The notes under the pieces were generated by a model. The model saw nothing but the letters and a program-made list of their open reading frames with translations, did not search any database and was not told where the DNA came from. A stretch of DNA of 64,000 nt from Octopus sinensis. Its lineage: Eukaryota. The stretch spans positions 74,772,001 through 74,836,000 of the forward strand of contig NC_043006.1 of the NCBI RefSeq assembly GCF_006345805.1, written 5' to 3'. Shown piece by piece: positions 63,715 to 64,000 of the stretch (the first letter of the stretch is position 1; the number at the start of each line of letters is the position of its first letter). Made by a program: the position numbers and the translations under genes.

Positions 63715-63860
63715 GGTACTTGTCTATTGTCGTGGTCCCGGTTTCTCACAGCGAATTCGCGCGCGCGCGCGCACCAGACGTAGGTACTCGATACTCGAGA
63801 TCCTACGAGGTGACTTGCGCATGCGCAGTGCAGAATTCGCGCATGCGCGTAAACCCCCCC
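63715..63860. promoter_or_regulatory. CpG-dense promoter-like element
   Basis: Perfect TGCGCATGCGCA at 63816-63827, CGCGCATGCGCG at 63838-63849 and (CG)7 at 63758-63772; the most CpG-dense stretch noticed in the window. Confidence 0.65.
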
Positions 63861-63896
63861 CCCCCCCCAAAAAAAAGGTGTTGGATTTCACTAAAA

Positions 63897-63935
<39 letters not shown>

Positions 63936-64000
63936 ACATTTTCAATTTTACACAAAAAAATTACATAGTCGCTTTCCTCGCGGATTTACAGATAAATGAA

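Noticed and set aside
1-64000. Prokaryotic or viral system (defence island, prophage, operon)
   Set aside because: No gene-dense region or long ORFs; spliceosomal gene structure and metazoan repeats throughout.

Overview
AT-rich, repeat-dense animal genomic DNA with no prokaryotic features. The SINE repertoire looks like Octopus (an inference; no search was run). The one well-supported gene is the 5' half of CDK11/PITSLRE on the minus strand. Five GT-AG exons (48331-48512, 46208-46350, 35710-35854, 2200-2330, 1559-1696) have matching phases (2,1,2,1,1) and splice into a 246-codon acidic then R/E/K-rich, RS-containing N-terminus. Two motifs, DDSESLDIKPPQ and SRRERDRLERLE, match human CDK11 DDSLAIKPPQ and SRRERDRLEQLE. 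The kinase domain lies beyond the left edge. The introns (1.98, 10.4, 33.4 and 0.5 kb) and the upstream region hold three or four SINE families, several MITEs, non-autonomous Helitrons/Helentrons, a mariner relic, and RTE/BovB, CR1, L2-like and Penelope-like fragments. CpG-retaining, NRF1-motif promoter-like islands lie at about 51.7, 52.9 and 63.8 kb. Best leads: Penelope-type minimal hammerhead motifs in the introns (one sense, about 190 nt upstream of an acceptor); an in-frame cryptic terminal/poison exon beside a C/D-box-like hairpin in the 33-kb intron; inverted SINE pairs that could drive A-to-I editing or a 330-nt stop-less circRNA; and a candidate chain of upstream exons. All repeat boundaries are approximate and read by eye.
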